DNA from: Halocafeteria seosinensis
Taxonomy: Eukaryota
Direction of reading: 5' to 3'
Length of the DNA stretch: 50,030 bases
Assembly: GCA_001687465.1 (NCBI GenBank)
Contig: LVLI01001199.1
Location: 1 to 50,030, forward strand
This document shows, piece after piece, positions 48,207-50,030 of this stretch (the first letter of the stretch is position 1; the number at the start of each line of letters is the position of its first letter). The position numbers and the translations under genes were made by a program. The notes beneath the pieces were generated by a model. That model was given only the letters and a program-made list of their open reading frames with translations, did not search any database and was not told where the DNA came from.

Positions 48207-48770
48207 TTATTTTCTTTTTAGGGTAAAAGTACAGCCTTTCCGCAGAGCTGCATAGACCCAAGCAATAGCCTCCTTGGCTGATGTGCACTTAAGAATCGAC
48301 TTAAGGGAACCAGAAGCATTCTCTGTCAGCTTGGAATGAAGTATGACCTGCCACTTAGCTGTGAGATGATGCTGCAATTTCGGCGTGTCCTTGTAGGACG
48401 CGAAACAAGCGTCCAGAGGCCCAAGCAACCGGACCAATTCCTCTTGCACTGGACGCAACCAAACCGGTGCCTCCGTATCGAAGGGAGCCTCCGGCAGGTC
48501 CCTTCCTACTTCATCGAGCGTTGCCATTGCCGACACCAAGGATCTCATGAAAGCAATGCTCGGATTCAAAAGCCCCCATCATATGCCACCCATTTTCACA
48601 GGAAGAGCTGCACGCGTCACAACCGCTTCACTTAGCCCGGCACCATGGGGTAATTGGAGCGCTCTCTTGAGGAAATTCAGCAGTTTCCCCACGAAAAGGT
48701 CCACGATGCCCTCCATGATATCCGGTCTCACGCAACGGAGCCAGTAATGCATACCTCGACGATATAACAA
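48207..48770 (-). mobile_element. Degenerate CRE-like retrotransposon fragment (post-RT region)
   Basis: YWLRCVRPD...AALPVKMGG then, past a stop, LNPSIAFMRS. This fits the LPxRxGGxG...AF/YxxS segment that follows RT in CRE-like elements. Confidence 0.65.
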
Positions 48771-48898
48771 TTGTTGGCGATGATTCCCAGTTACGAGGGG
48801 CTATTGGTTACGTTGAACAGGAGGCAGAACAGATAAACCTACCGGTAAGACTTAACCGACGAAAAAGCGTATGGGTGCCTCAAAATCCTAACCGTGCG

Positions 48899-48944
48899 AT
48901 ACCGTCCGTTAATAAAAATAATAATAATAAAAATACCGTCCGTT
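48899..48944. repeat. 12-bp direct repeat (target-site-duplication-like) flanking a 22-nt A/AAT tract
   Basis: ataccgtccgtt at 48899-48910 and 48933-48944 flanks aataaaaataataataataaaa. Confidence 0.85.
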
Positions 48945-48972
48945 CCACAAACTCCCCAGGGAACATGGATCC

Positions 48973-49870
48973 TTGGAGCCAACAGGACAAGAAGACTTTG
49001 AAGGGGAGAGCTGCTTGCAAGAGGTCCAACGATGGTCTAAACTCTACCAGATCTCCCGCGAACGCTCTTTCCGTTCTCAGTATCGATATTTACTATTGAC
49101 GGGTTCAGTGGTGCCTTCCTTTACATATCTACTGCTTACAGTCCCCCCCGAGCATAGAAGAAGGGCAGTGAGGGAGTTCGACCGCCATGTTCAGAAGGTT
49201 CTATCCCAAATATTGGAATGCACTCGTTTCAGAGATACGCAAGAATTGATGATGAAGGAGCAGGCATTCCTCCCTGTCCGTTGGGGGGCGTAGGAGTGAG
49301 TCGGGCGCTGGATGTTTTAGAGACAGCGTACTTAGCTTCTACCTGGGAAGCCGGTGTAGTCTCGTCGAATGAGGCACAGGAGTTGGTTTCTACGTTACGG
49401 AAGAAAGGGTCTTCGTTGAGAATAGATGATGTCCGACACGAGTACCTCAGCATAAACAACAGTCAGCCATCATGAACGAACTCTGGGATTCTGCGTATCA
49501 GCGAGTGATGCGGAGGACCTGTCAACGAGGAAAAGCTCGGTGTCAAGCTGCTCGTCAGCCTGGAGCCAGTGATTCATTACGAATGCTGCCTACCCGAGCA
49601 TTTTGCCAGGTTTCTGACACTCAGTGGATGATAGCTGCGCGATATCGGTTGGGTTTGGCTCTATCTGTGGCAAGTGCACGCCAGGTTTGCCCTCTTTGTA
49701 ATGAATTTTTAGATGGTGTGCGTTGTGGTGGTAGAAAGATGAGGGTCCTTCGTAATTCTCGGCATAATACCTTACGAGATATGATGGTTGGTGCCTTTTC
49801 GGAGTGGGGTTTCCACGTTGACCGGGAGCCTCGTGTTTCCGACAATCGTAGAGGGGATCTTGCACCCTAG
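48973..49870 (+). mobile_element. Frameshifted CRE-like retrotransposon fragment: post-RT region, Zn knuckle and start of RLE
   Basis: LLLTGSVVPSFTYLLLTVPP..REFD..QAFLPVRWG/GGVG..AYLAS; GASDSL..P...ARYRLG...CPLC...C...RHN.LRD...REP....RGDL. Two frameshifts. Confidence 0.85.
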
Positions 49871-50028
49871 AGAGATAGGGAGTCCGGATCCCCCACGAAG
49901 TATTCCCCTGTAGAATCATTACAAAACATGATGTCTTTCCGATCGATTGCCTCGTTAGCTAGACGGTCAGCCTCCGTGTTTTCCTCCCGAGGAACATGAT
50001 GCAGCGAGATAGACTTCACCTGTGGCTG
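49867..50028 (-). mobile_element. C-terminal part of an RNase H domain (runs off the window)
   Basis: Minus-strand translation QPQVKSISLHHVPREENTEADRLANEAID matches the HVxRxxNxxADxLAN motif of RNase HI family proteins. This frame is not in the supplied ORF track. Confidence 0.75.
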
Positions 50029-50030
50029 CT

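Overview
Gene-dense eukaryotic nuclear DNA with short (~50-150 nt) GT-AG introns. Flagellar genes, BIN4 and Spo11-2 suggest a flagellated protist, probably a stramenopile (inference). Recognisable genes are a zf-4CXXC-like Cys-rich protein, a GNAT-PhzF fusion, Spo11-2, a kinesin (probably kinesin-4), BIN4 with a DEK-C-like N-terminus, CFAP36, a GT4 glycosyltransferase, DUS3, a CFAP97/KIAA1430-family protein, an intron-containing tRNA-Tyr(GTA), SNM1/Pso2, NAT9 and Hrq1. Both ends hold decayed mobile DNA and share a ~210-bp repeat: CRE-like non-LTR retrotransposon pieces at the right end and RNase H-like fragments at both ends. The most notable unexplained signal is a ~125-aa domain with invariant H...CxxC...C residues, shared by three dispersed, otherwise dissimilar minus-strand genes (4722-7751, 29920-30768, 36339-37638); it may be an undescribed zinc-binding regulator family. 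Gene models and family calls were made by eye, without database searches.
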